Shown here: positions 41,468 to 55,260 of the stretch, in pieces
Layout: every line of letters begins with the position of its first letter
How positions within the stretch are numbered: position 1 is the first letter of the stretch
NCBI GenBank assembly: GCA_951406725.2
Contig: OX597826.1
Location: 83,018,001-83,082,000 of the forward strand
Source of the DNA: Octopus vulgaris
Taxonomy: Eukaryota
DNA length: 64,000 nucleotides
Direction: 5' to 3'
Made by a program: the position numbers and the translations under genes
The notes under the pieces: generated by a model
What the model was told of the DNA's origin: nothing
The model's database searches: none
The model's input: only the letters and a program-made list of their open reading frames with translations

Positions 41468-44400
41468 TCTTAGTCCCAGCTACGTTTGGCAAATACAAGG
41501 AATGTTACGCGGCAAAAACTACAACAATAGGTAAAATTAAGTGAGCCGAAATTATCCTCTGAATGCAATATCATCCGGCTCATTTATAAGGACTTCAGTT
41601 GATAGAGGCTAACGGGAATACTAAGTCTACCTAAAACTAAAAGATGAATTTGACTCCATTCAAAAAGGCTTTAAAGATGCTTAGTGGGGTATACCTCTTG
41701 GGAAGAGAAAGCAGTCTCTGGCAACAAAAAACTCATCTTTGTAAAGAAGAGCCAATTACCTGAAAGAAGGGGGAATCCTCTTCTTTGGGCGAAATCTCAT
41801 TCTCAAAAGGAAAACATGTTCTAGCAAGACTCTTTTACAATTGAAATAAGAAATTTCTAGAGGAAGCACAGGTCGAGACGGAAACGGGATCACTTATTGG
41901 CTAACTAAAAATAAGGAAGACTATTGGTTTAAAACTTCCAGACACGTGACTTTCCATTAGTGCTCTTCATCCTATGACACAAATTTTGAAGCGCGCAGCT
42001 ATGGACACTAAAGAAAGTAGAGTGCGGGTGTGTAGTGGACTTGTGTATCTTGACCAACACAACTGGGCGTTTATTTTACTAATTAATTCCCTTGTCTTAA
42101 TTATTCGCTGTTTAATCGTACTTTTCTTTATTCATTCTATGTAAATATTTATTTTTCAGAGATTTATAACTTGCCCAGTTATAGAGTGTGAGTTGCTTTT
42201 CACTCATCCCATCGCTCTTTGTATATCTTCCTTTCCCAATTGGTCTTTGTCAGCCCTTTGCTTAACGTTTCCTTCAAAGTTTCAGTATCTTTTCCAGGTC
42301 ATGTGTCTAATAAGGAAACGATCATCATCATCATCGCCATCATCATCAAGATCCATATTAGCAACATCATCATCATCATCATTCTCCACGTCTTCCTCTT
42401 TATCATCATTGTCATCAAAGTATCATCATCATCATCATTACTACTATCACAGCCATAATCATAATCTTCATCCTCCACATCCTCATCGTCATCATCATCA
42501 TTATCATCATCATTAATTTCATCATTTAAGTGTATTGACATTTCATTTCTTTTCTAATATCGCTTCTCCTGCTGCTCGAGCAGCGGGAAACGCCTCCAAT
42601 AAAACTTGTTTGAAATTTAAAATGTAGAAGTGTTCAAACACACACACACACTAACACACATTCACACACACAAAAATTCACACACACACATTCACACAAC
42701 ACACACGCAAAATATCAGGCTCAATTAGACAGGCAACTCGTGCATTTTGTGATATTAAAAAGTAATGCAGTTTTAACAAGTGAAAACATTAATTAACACG
42801 AAACAAACGAAATCATTAACAACACAACAACAAACCGTTTGCTTGTCGTGCTAGCAACAAGGAATATTTAAATAATTCGAAAAGCGGAAAAAAGGACAAC
42901 GTATAGAAATATGTTACTAAAACAAATATTTCCGTCCCCGTGACTTTATCAGAGAGTGAGAGAGAAGGAAAGTAATTTACCGCTGCTTTTCAAAAGATCC
43001 ACAGATTTTCAGTTCTGAATAAAGGAATATTTGAGGGAAACCAGACCGATGTGTGCAACAATATATATTCCATCGACTGACGGTGAGCAAATCTTATTAT
43101 CTAACTGGCTTTCAAACCTGAGGTTGTGTTAGGTGAAGTGACCGGGTAAGTCAATACTCCACACTCTTACCTGCGTCAGTGGAGTACAAATGACACATTG
43201 TCAGTGAGATAGAATCTTATCTTTGTGTCACCTATGTGCCACACTGGGGTAGTTAATCAGCGCCGAGATAACTAAGATCTGGAGGTTGTTCGGGCATACA
43301 ATTTTGAAATGCATAGGGATTTTTCAGACCTGTTCCCCAAAGTGGAAATTCATGACACTGGTGTCTTACGATAGAGGGATTTTTTACTACATATGAGACA
43401 AGAAGGTCCTTTGTGAACTTACTGACCTGATGAATGGGATAAGTCATGAAGAAAGAACTGCAGAACGAAAAGCAACGGTACGTCTCAAAAAAGGGCTGTT
43501 TCAGGAACATTGGTCGCAACTCCAAGGATGGCTAAAAAAGATCAGGAATCAACAACCAGATTCCTCTCCGTTAGCCGCAACCAATAACGCCACACCCTCA
43601 TCTTGAGATAAAGAGTGAACAAATGCGGAAAACTGGCAAGGACGGTGCAAAGATCAGAGAAAACTCCTATTCCCAGGGAAATCATGAAGAGCAAAGATTG
43701 GTTCGATCCTCAACCAAAAGAAGATCAAGGAATGCAGTACCTTCTTGGAAACCGTGAAGTTTGTCGTGAAAAGAAATTCTAAAAGGATCTGATGAATGGA
43801 ATCGAAATGGTGCTCTCTAACGAAGAGATCAGGACAAAAGATAATACTCGGGTTGGAATCCATACCAACCATCAAATATCAGCGTTACATGAGCTTCTTC
43901 TTACCCATTCCGGGAAGTAACCTTTTTCACGTATTGATGTGCAACAACACTGCGAATATCATGTCATGAAGAGAGGAGAGCAAAGGTTGCAAGAACGTCG
44001 GTTCTGTTCTGGTAGCAACTGCTCACGCATGCGCAACTTGAGATTCTTGAAGTAACCATGTATACTATTCAACGTCTCTGGTCAAGAAGCAAATTTTGGA
44101 ATCGAATTTCCTGCCGTATCCTATTCATCTATGATTTATTTTTATCTCATTTTGTGAATAATAGCGTCGTCGTCGGTAGCAGACTTTGAATAAATTTCCC
44201 AACGATTCGCTGCATTTCATATTCTTATGAAAGAGTTTTTATGTTATCATTAACTTCCATCTCACCCCTAGAACTGATAAGACAATACATAGCAGTTATA
44301 TATTGGGTTTAACTCAACTGAATATATTCCGGCTCTAAGATTCCGTACCGAAGTTCGGTAACATGTTGGATCAACAAGTGTCAGAGGTCAATCTCCTTGA

Positions 44401-44642
44401 ACGTGTCCGTATGTCATGGGATCGTTGGTTAAGGTGTGAAGTAGCTCATCCAGGAATTGAATTTACGTTGCAAACTTCTCTTGCTGGGAGTTTCATATTA
44501 TTCTGCGGCTAACGTATCCGCTTTATTAGCAAATATAACATAATTCCTAATATACTCAAACAGACGACCGTATCATTGAATGTCTTATAGAAATATTCCA
44601 CAGTAGAAAAGTAGCTTTATAGATTCTATAGTTTGGTGAAAA

Positions 44643-44847
44643 ATATTTTTTCTAATCTTAGCACAAGACCCGAAACTTTTGGGGAGGGGGGCCAATCGAT
44701 AGGATCGACCCCAGTGCGTAACTGGTACTTAATTTACCGACCCCGAAAGGATGAAAGGCAAAGTCGACCTCGGCGGAATTTGAACTCAGAACGTAACGGC
44801 AGACGAAATACGGCTATGCATTTCGCCCGGCGTGCTAACGTTTCTGC
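44643..44847 (-). mobile_element. tRNA-derived SINE, family B
   Basis: ccgaaaggatgaaaggcaaagtcgacctcggcggaatttgaactcagaacgtaa...cccggcgtgctaacg. Confidence 0.87.
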
Positions 44848-47198
44848 ATAATGTGGAATTACAGAACGAGGTTTCTTGTCCAATAGACTTCCAAGTGAGC
44901 AGCTCAATTAATTTGCAAGCAGTCACTAACCAGCACACTCTAGCGTCTAACCAACACACATACTCTCTCTCTCTTCCTTTCTCTCCTTCTCTCTCGCTCT
45001 CTCTCTCTTCCTTTCTCTCCTTCTCTCTCGCTCTCTCTCTCGCTCTCTCTCTCTTCCCGTATAGTGGTCCTCTTGAAACTATTCGTGAGTAACGTGAACC
45101 ATATCAATTACTATAGCCTTGGATAACCACATCCTCTGAATGAAGACAAACAAATATTGATATCAAAACAACTTTGTACTTTTATTTCGCCTTCATGCAT
45201 CTCCTCCTCTACAGCAGCTGTCTCCATTCTACGACTCGACGAACAAAAGTCTCTTTTTGAAAAGAGTTAAACATTGGGAAAATATAGTTATATAAACACA
45301 ATGATGAATATTATCTGGATGCTCATGGCTGGAGTGTCTTTTATTCATAATTCTTTTGAAGCTGGGCTGACCTCGGCCACACGAAAACATCTAAAAACTC
45401 GTAAAGGTTTTTCACCGTTGTTTCTTACCACTGAGCTTTTCCCTGCCCCGTTATTCTTTTCTTATGTCCGTGAAACAATAAATGCTGTCAATCTTGACAA
45501 CGGTAAAATACCGCTCCGGTATACAATATACGAGCTTAGATAAGTCAGTCAGTCAAGAAAATGATACACGGTGTCATTTAAATCAATCTTTCACAACTTG
45601 TTTTATTAATTTAACTCGGCTGCTGTGGGGTTTTTTATCATGGAGTGTGGAAATTTTTAAAGTGATAATTTATTTCTGCGACACAGCATCCTTTTTATTT
45701 TATTTTTTTCTATTTTCTGTAAAAGGAAAAGAAATATTACATGTGTATAAACTTGCCATTAGCATAAAGCTGGAAAATAAGTACATAAATGTTCGTTTTG
45801 AGATTTACTTTAATGCTTTTAAGTCTTTGAAAAGATTCTGTTTTGCTTCGGAAGAATCTGAGCTGTTTTTACACCTTGTCTGAGTCTCTATCATCCATTT
45901 AACCAAGCAACTATGAAATATATCTGAAACACTAAGGACATGTTTCTACTTTAAGCAATTTGATGTTGCTTTAATGGCCTTCTATATTGCAGAAAATGAG
46001 GATTTTAGGCATCAAATTTGTCATAACAGGAGAATATTATTACTTGAAATAAATGGCATTTCAGAGGATAATCTTAAAGAGCAAGGCATAGACCAATATC
46101 TTGTAAGTGCTTCTTGCAGTAAATTCAAATAACAATAAAATGAAGCGTGAAGGATAATAACCGAAGTCATACTGTAAAAAAATCACAGAATTTGAAATAT
46201 ACGATTGGGGAAGTCACAAATTGTTTATATTTTAGAGAAGGAGAAATAAGAATGTGTTGTTAATGCTCAGTTTTAGCTGTGTTACTGATATCAACAAAGT
46301 GAAGCAAAGTGAAGCAGTGGCTGGGATTCTGTCAAATTTTCAAATAATTTTCTTTCTTTGCACCAGTAAACATATTTCTGATATACTGAATTGTTCGTTA
46401 ATTCTTCGATAAACTATGGTGAGTTTGCGGAGAATCCAGAAAAACAATCAAACATATCTGAGGTTGTTTCCAATAATTTCAGACCAAAGAAATAGGGGGG
46501 GGGGATACACTGTTACTCATCAGCTGGGGCAGGTAATTGAAACGCTTGAGGATTAGACACATGAATTGCAATAATTAGTTTTGTATCTTTACGACGTGGG
46601 TTCAAATGACACAGAAGTCGACTTGGCATTCTACTTTTTGTGTCAATCAATTGAATACCAGTCAAATGCTGCAGCTGATTAAATCGATTCTATCCATTCG
46701 CTAGATTTCAGATCGAATGCCTTACAGCAATATGATCTTCGATTTTTTACCATAAAATATTTAGTCCAACTTCAGTTTAATGCTCACTTAACTATATTTC
46801 CATTCCTGGTTCGCTTTTGCCTTTCAGGCGTCGCATCATAACCTTAGTCAAGACCCTTAACTCTATGTCCACATATAGACTCCTATCTCATGTAGAAACC
46901 GCTATTCTATTCTAAACTTCTTAAGTGGAATTTTCACAGACGATATCGATTTATTGCCAATCAATGAGATCGCTTTGAATAATTTTGTAAAAGAGATGTT
47001 TAATCTTTGGAAATGACCAAGCATTGAAACATTCAATCATCCTAATAATCGATCACAGATCTTTGACCATTATCTCAGATGGGGTCAGTACAAGGTGTCG
47101 GTATTAAGTGACCATGTTCAGAAATCTTTTTCTTAAGGAAACCATTTAGTAATCTTTATTTAATTGTTCTTTCTTTCGCTCCCACAAAGCTTTCTCTT

Positions 47199-47234
<36 letters not shown>

Positions 47235-48095
47235 CCTCTCCCTCTATATATATCTCCCTCTCTCTCTCTCTCTCTTTGTACATATGTGTAGAGTAGTCTG
47301 TTACTGAAATTGTGCGTATATTTTTCAAATTCTCTGAGTGTAGGTGTACAAATGTAATTGAATAGTAAGCAGTATATAGATTGATATCTAGGCAAATGGA
47401 TAAGTAATTGATTTTCTTTAAAATATTGATTAACGCAAATTGCCGGATTAGAAGAGACGTCCAGGAGAACCGGTGAAAACACTGCCTCACGGTATTTATT
47501 CCGACTCCCTGTGCTCTGTTTTCAAATCGCACCGAAGCCTGCTTTGCCATTTGCCTTGGCCGATCCATAAGATGTATCACTCTACGATGATTGACGAAAC
47601 CATGGGGCTGGGTAGTTGGGTAAGAGGCCTTACCGTACCTGTTCCGGTTTTGCTTTTTAATTATGATAACAACACTTAAGATGACTTTTGTACGAAACCC
47701 TATCGTCACAAACTGGAGGATTTTAACTTCGATAAACATGTGGCGTACGAAAGAAAAAAATTCTCATGCATGGGTAACTTCTAATCATCGTCCTAAACCG
47801 ACGGATGACTTTCATTGATTATAGATGTTGTCAAAGGAACAGCTATACAGGCAAAAGGATATTGCCTACTAAACAAACCCCGAATACTTCATTATTATCG
47901 CAAAAGAAAGATACACAAACACACACACACATACATCAAACAGTATTCTAAACAAAGCAAAAAAAACATCTGATTCATATAAATGAACAACAAAACGTTC
48001 TGTTTTACCATTCTGATTTTGATTTTGTCTTGGAGAATTTGAAAACCGAACGAAAACGCTAATAAAGGATTATCCAAAACTCTGACTGCCTCTTT

Positions 48096-48110
48096 TGTGT
48101 TTGTGTGTGT

Positions 48111-48191
<81 letters not shown>

Positions 48192-48211
48192 TGTGTGTGT
48201 GTGCGTGTGTG
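48096..48211. repeat. (TG)n microsatellite
   Basis: Direct inspection. Confidence 0.95.
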
Positions 48212-49670
48212 TTTAAATGGCTTGTAAACACCTTCCATGCTGCAATTGTCTTTTATTTCAGCCCACGATCTCAGGTCAAGTCACTAACAACATCCAACGA
48301 TAGGAGACATACGTAATTGTTTAAACAATTACACGCTGCTTCACACTATAAGTAAATCCTGTGTTCGATTCACATTATTTCATAGAGCATACACAGCTTA
48401 TATAATTAAGACATCACAAAGAAGTCGGCTTCACCCTCTCGCATGGGTAAAACTTTGATGAACATGGACTGCACTAAGCCAACTAAATACACATAAAGTG
48501 TACATGGAGGGACTTTGAGACACATATCTAGCAGAAGCATGTGGGATTGGAATTTCACGAGAATGATACTGCAAGAAACAAATTCTGAAGATGTATAATT
48601 TTCCATTCTTATTTACGATGTCTTGATTATGCATATACATACATATACACACATGTGTGTGATACTTATATGAGTGATGTGTGCATGTGTGTGTTTGTGT
48701 GTATGTGTGTGTGTAAGTGTGTGTGAGGGAGATTCTCAAGAAATATTCCAGGAAACAATGGTTCAAAAAGCGATCATTCTAGTCGCAAGAACGTGGATCT
48801 AAATTGGCAAATACTTTACAATTCTACGTTTTCTTTTAAATTAAATATGTACAAATACACACACATGTCTGCATATCTACAGGCACACACACAGACACAC
48901 ACACACATGCACACACACATGTATGAATAAATGCAAATGCATAAATGCACATATGTATGTATGTATGTATGTATGTATGTTTGTCAGAAGACTGAGACAG
49001 CGGAAGATGAAATAAGCAGAGAAATGAAGAATGAAGCTGAATAAATGATGGAGCGATTAAAAGCGTTGGTAGTCATGAATGAAGGAAATATGAAGATAAA
49101 ATAGAATTACAAATTTGAATGAAGAAAACTAAGAGTCTCAAGAAGAAGAACAAGAACAACAACAAATATTAATTTAAATTTAATAAAATAATTTTATTTT
49201 TACAAATTTGAGAAATATGTTGAATTCTGTTTTATTTCACTCCTGATATTCTTGTTCTTGTTTTCGTTTCTTTTATAATTTGTTGCTTCTATCCGTTTTA
49301 TTTTACTCATTTGTTTTGTTTTTCCTTGTTTCTTTTTTCAATTTTTCGTTTCTTTCATTTATTTTTCGCCATCGCCAGGAATTTGCCTGCTAATAGTCGT
49401 TTAATCCTCTTCTTAGACATGACTAATGCTTTTCCTTGGAGAGGGTGAGTGGATATCTATAAATACATACATACATATACGCATATATATATATATACAT
49501 ATGAATATATATATGCATACACACGCGCCCACACTCACACATCCACGCGTGTAAAGCGAGGAGCGGGGAAAGAAAGAAAGAAAATAATGAAGGGAGAAAG
49601 AAAGCAACAGATTAAGAGACTAGCGAAGAGAGCGAGAGAGAAACAGGAAATAAGAGAGAGAATACGGAGT

Positions 49671-49766
<96 letters not shown>
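49671..49766. repeat. (GATA)n microsatellite
   Basis: Direct inspection; similar arrays at 31164-31256 and 33277-33352. Confidence 0.95.
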
Positions 49767-49767
<1 letters not shown>

Positions 49768-50315
49768 GTGAATGCTGTTGTTTAGGCGCCAAGTCAGCTC
49801 TTATTGAAGAGTTCGACGAGAAAAGCGTTCCTAGCCTTCGAATATTATGTTGTGTAGGCGTATTAGCTTATTGTATTGTTATTTTATGGGAAAGACCGTT
49901 TTGCCGTTGTTTTGTTGCTTTGTTCTATAAGCTGCAGTTGCTGTTGTCTTCTTGAGTGTTACTCGCCGCAACTGGAAGAAGCAACAGAATTGATGCCGTT
50001 TGCAGATTCGATGACAGGGGTGAGATCGGTGCTGTTAATATCCCATTTGAAGTGTTGATAATTGCGATAAAGGTATGAGCAGAGAAGAAAACATTACACA
50101 GGGGAGTAGAGAGTGGATGAGAGAGGAGTCCCATGGGCTCGACTGGATGAGGGAGGTGCAACGATAAAAGGTGAACGAGGCTGGAGTCCATGAGTGGAGG
50201 GGGCCCAGACGAGCGATTATGGTAGTGAGAGGGGCCAAAGAATGAGGGGACAAACATCAGAGTTGCGATATAAAGGTTGCAGCATACCTGTGATTTATTC
50301 ATTTCGATCAGTCAC

Positions 50316-50627
50316 CTGGCTTTTATCGGTATTGGCCAAGACTGTGCGTCTACGTTTCTGTGTATGAACGCGCATGTGTGAATGTGTATGAGTCTTTGGT
50401 GTGTGCATGTGACAATGTGCATATGTGTGTGTAGCTGCTTCATCATCATTGGTGTGTGCATGTGCATATGCATGTAGCTGCACCGTCTCAGATGGGGAAC
50501 AACTGTTTCCATATGTCGAGTGGAGCTCGTTTCCGTTTCGTGGACTATAACCGTTGTGGCTCTGGTCCGAAGTATTTTCCTGTTGTAAAGAGTATATCAC
50601 TGGCCAAACAGTGGTGAATTGGTGCAT
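50316..50627 (-). other. Candidate host exon/ORF in unique sequence (unidentified)
   Basis: ATG-initiated open frame in non-repetitive, GC-richer sequence. Donor-like CAG|GTGACT at 50316 and CAG|GTATGC at 50288. No recognisable domain. Confidence 0.2.
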
Positions 50628-50827
50628 TTGTGGGATAACGGAGTGATGGTCTTGGTTGGAAAAGAATAGAAATTACACCTTTATTAATTCTTTCCCCGCC
50701 ATCATCGGTGTCACCATTGCCATCATTCATAATCATCAACCCTCTGCTCATCACCATCATCATCACACTTTGTCATTACAATAGTCAAATGCAGCAGCAG
50801 CAGCAACAGCAACAGCAGTAGCAGCAA

Positions 50828-50863
<36 letters not shown>

Positions 50864-51991
50864 TAGTAGTAGTAGCAATTTTTGCCGTTGCAGCTTTTTG
50901 TTTTTGCATCTGCAACTGTTGCTGTTGTTGTTGTTGTTGTCCGTCTTTTTTCTTTTCTTTTCCAATCTTAGCAAACAACATTTTCAAAAGGTATAAACAA
51001 AAACAAAAAAACAAAAGAACACTTATCAAAAAATTAAACAAATAAGTAAAAAGAATAAGAAAAGAAACTCGAGATGTTTCAGGTTGTTTTCGGGATTTTA
51101 AATCATCTGAATTTTGTTTTGTTTTTGTTTGTAGTCATTTATATACTGTTTTGTTCTTGTTTTTTCTTTTTATTTGTTATTTTTGCCAATATGGCGTCTT
51201 TAACCTCTCGCGACTCGAGAGTTAATTACTGGAACATTTTTAGGTGTGCATTTTATTATTCCATCATCACGAACATCATCATTGTTTTGATCATCATCAT
51301 CATCGACATCATCATCTTCATCATCGTCATAAAAACGACAAAAACAACACCGTTCTTGACGTCATCATCACCATTACCATCATCATCATCATCATCGTCA
51401 TCACGGATATTATTGTTCTACGCACCCTGCCCATCTGCATCCCCAACATCATAATCCCCTTCATAATTATTATTTTTATTAATAACATCATAATTCTAAT
51501 TTTATCGTTGTCATCATCATCATCATCATCATCATCGTCATAATAATAATAATAGTAATAAACGTCATCATCATCATCATTAACATCATCATTACTATAC
51601 ATGCTCCGTTTCAAATTTTTCATTTGTTTTAGGGAACTTTTAATCCGTTTTACTGGTTCTTATTTTGTGTTTCTTTTTGTTTTTTGTTCCTTTTTATTTT
51701 TGTTCATTTTATAAAAGTAACAATATAAAAGAACAAAAACGACGAGAAACTGGAGAGAAAAAAAGAATAAAACGGAAGAATTGTAGAAATACACTGATTT
51801 ATTGTTTTTCAACCGAAAGAAGAGGAATGTAGGGTGTGGTGGGTCTGATTAATCAAGGATTTTTAATGGAAATGTCCAAGAATTTAAAACAAAGAATGAA
51901 AATCAAATTAGAAATAAAGAGAAAAAAATGGTATTAAAGTGATGGAGATTGTAAGATTAAAGAAATTTTTCAATTTTTTATTATTATTATT

Positions 51992-52070
<79 letters not shown>

Positions 52071-52364
52071 TTGTGGTGGAGCTGTTGGTTGTTAATAATA
52101 TTATTTCTTTTCTCTGTTCCTTGGTGGCACATACCGGATGTTTTTGCCTTTGGCAGTGAATTACATCCAGTGATCTTCAGTTTTTCTGTGAATTTCATAC
52201 TAATTACATTTCGTGTTTACCTTAGATCTCCCATATTCTCCTCAATATTCTATCTGTTCCGAAGGGTTTCGTTTTGTTTTCTAACTTCTATCCCCTTTAT
52301 AATTTTTTTTGTATGTCCTTTTTCCTGTTCGTCTCTCTCTCTCTCTCTATTGCCCCTTTCCCTT

Positions 52365-52445
<81 letters not shown>

Positions 52446-52717
52446 TTTCTGTGGTTGCACTTTTGCTTCTCGATGAGGTTGTGGGTCAAAGGCAGAAAAG
52501 GTAAAAAAGAAATTTTTTCCCAAAGCACTTTCATCTTTTGGATCAACGTACATGAACACCTACTACTACTACTAGTACTACTACTATTACTACTACTACT
52601 GCTACTGCTGCTGCTGCCGCTGCTGCTACTACTACTGCTACAACTGTTGCTGCTGCTGCTGCTGCTACTACTAGAATAATAAAAATACGAAGAAGAAAAG
52701 AAGGATGATGATGGTGG

Positions 52718-52750
<33 letters not shown>

Positions 52751-52919
52751 GGCGGAGGAGGAGGAGGATGAGGAGGATGATTTCATATATTTGGTACAAG
52801 GGCGAAGGATGAGTGGGACAATACAAAGACAGACATAAAGTATGGGGCATTACATATAACGAAATGATAAAAATGAAAGAAAGAAAGAAAAAAAGAAAGG
52901 AAGGAAGAAAGAAAAAAAG

Positions 52920-52952
<33 letters not shown>

Positions 52953-53149
52953 AAGTCAGTCTACACGGCATACGGAGAAAAAGAAGGGACGTATGCATAG
53001 CGTACAAAGGTTTAAGGCAAAAAGGTGCGAGGATGAGGATAGAGATGTGACCCTCCCGATACAGGAAGACCTCTAGGAATAATCGAGGAACCCCACTGTC
53101 CGAGATTTCCCTGAGCAAGTGCCATCTCCAAATACTTCTCTCGGACTCA

Positions 53150-54100
53150 CAAGTCTACACTTAGAGAGGTACCATCTCTAAGGTACATGAATGGAAAGGT
53201 ATCACAACAGCAGACAACACTCACGAAGACTCATAAGTGTAAATCCCCTGGTAACCATGGAGTGCCAAATGTCTGGCTCGCATCGATCTCGTGCGAACAC
53301 GAAAAATTAGTCCAGTTATTCAATGGAATCATGGGAAAACACCTAGTTGGTTAGCAAGAAGTATTGCTTACCTACTCCCGGAGAATAAGGAAACCAAATT
53401 TCCCCGAAACTCTCAGCTCATGACTTGTCTACCTACCACTTATAAAATTATAACATCCATCCTCGTAGAGAAATCATACAAAATTTATGGAAGAGAACGA
53501 TATCTTCCCCACTGAATGAAAAGTGTACCGACTGGCTCATATGGATGCAAAGACCAACTCTCAATCAATCGCATGATCCTTGAGAACTGTTATAACAAAC
53601 GTAGGAATCTCAGTTCCGCATGGACTGATTATAAAAAGGTATTTGACAGGATACCGCTTTCACAAATCTTGAAATCGTTGGATGTCTTCAAAATTTCTCC
53701 TGTGATTTCAAAGTTCCTCAAATACAACATGTTAATGTGGGATACAAATCTCCATTATACCACTCTAATAAACTACTGACCACGAAAAAAATATATAGTA
53801 TGCTTGCTACCTGTTGCCTACGGAAACATGCCTTGACAGTATACCGCATTCATGGATCTTGAAATCGCTGGAAATCTTCAAACTTTCTCCTTCGATTTCA
53901 AACTTCCTGAAGCACAACACGTTAGTGTGGAATACGAATCTCCAATTATACCACTTTAATGGAATACTGACCACAAAAATATATAAATATCAACTGCGGC
54001 TTTTACCAAGGTGACTCACTTTCATCTTTAATTTTTTTGCATAGCCCCATTACCTCTTACGAATGAACTTAACAGAACGGGCTATGGGCACAAAATAAGT
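53150..54100 (+). pseudogene. R4/Dong-like reverse transcriptase remnant with internal duplication
   Basis: KSPGNHG, TCLPTTYKIITSI, GCKDQLSIN, AWTDYKKVFDRIP and GFYQGDSLS (RT domains 0-4). Frameshifted. Confidence 0.85.
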
Positions 54101-54142
54101 CGTCAATTTTTTTTTTGTTATGTATAGCCCTAGTACCCATTT

Positions 54143-54412
54143 AGGAAGCAAGCAGGCGGAATCGTTAGCACGCCGGGCAAAATGCTTAGCGGTATTTCGC
54201 CCGTCTTCACGTTCTGAGTTCAAATTCCATCGAGGTTGACTTTGCCCTTCATCCTTTCGGGGTCGATAAAATAATTACCAGTTGAGTCCTGATGTCAATA
54301 TAATTGACTATCTCCCTCCCCAAAATTCCAGGCCTTGGGCCTATAGAAGAAAAGATTATTATTATTCTCCTCCCTAAAACTGCAGCCCTTGTAGCAAAAT
54401 TTGAAACCATGA
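54143..54412 (+). mobile_element. Family B SINE plus extra tail fragment ending in (ATT)n
   Basis: gaatcgttagcacgccgggcaaaatgcttagcgg...gagttcaaattcc. Second tail ...aaaatttgaaaccat followed by (TAT)n to 54488. Confidence 0.85.
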
Positions 54413-54430
54413 TTATTATTATTATTATTA

Positions 54431-54488
<58 letters not shown>

Positions 54489-54949
54489 GTGGAAGTTTTT
54501 CTTTCTAAACTGCTGAGGGTTTTCAAAAAGCACGAGGGCGATACAGGTCGACACAATGCGATACAATGTGGAATTACATAAAAGCGTCTAAACAAAAGAA
54601 CGACACAAAGAAACAAAACTTTTAAACAAAAAATAATTCCCCGAAAGGCGGAGACTTCCGAGGCCTGGTCATGAAAATTCAACAAAGCCATGGTCATCCT
54701 GAACCCTAGGGCAAGTGCCCTCTTCCCATTCTTCTTGCTCAACCTTCAGGCGCATGCTCGGAACTGTTTAGGCTTTCCACATTCGCGCATCATGTTGGCC
54801 GTTTGCAGTTGTTAATGCTGATAATGACTTTGGTGGTTCTTCAAATGGTTTCGAACGCTGCACTTCACTGAAAACGCTTGTTAATATCTGTGGCTTCTAA
54901 ACTCTTGTGTGAAGAGCTTTTCTTTGTTATAATGGACAAATGTATAGTC

Positions 54950-55260
54950 ATGATGGTTTCTGTAAGTAGTTTACTTGTGGCACCTTCAACAGGTATCTTC
55001 TGCTATTGCCTCAGGCTGACCAAAACCTTGTCAGTGGATTTAATAGACGAAAACTAAAAGAAGCCCGTTGTATAAATGTGTGTGTATGCACGCGCGCCTT
55101 TGTGTCTGTGTTTTTCCATCACCACCACTTGACAACCGCTGTTGGTTTTTTTTTATCTTCTGTAACTTAGCGGTTCGGCAAAAGAGTCCCATAGAATAAG
55201 TGCTGGGTTTTAACAAACATACTGGGGTCGATTTGTTCGGCTAAAGTCTTATGACTGAAA
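54950..55260 (+). mobile_element. Degenerate family A SINE
   Basis: ggctgaccaaaaccttg...tagacgaaaactaaaagaagcccg...cttgacaaccg...gtaacttagcggttcggcaaaagag. Confidence 0.75.

Noticed and set aside
43013-43082. Exon between ttttcag and gtgagc
   Set aside because: Stops in all three frames and no other support.
47146-47739. 197-aa minus-strand ORF
   Set aside because: No recognisable domain, and the C-terminal part is a (GA)n translation.
53642-53987. Repeat pair next to an RT resembling a DGR template/variable repeat
   Set aside because: The mismatches are not adenine-specific, and the repeat is itself part of a non-LTR RT in an animal genome.
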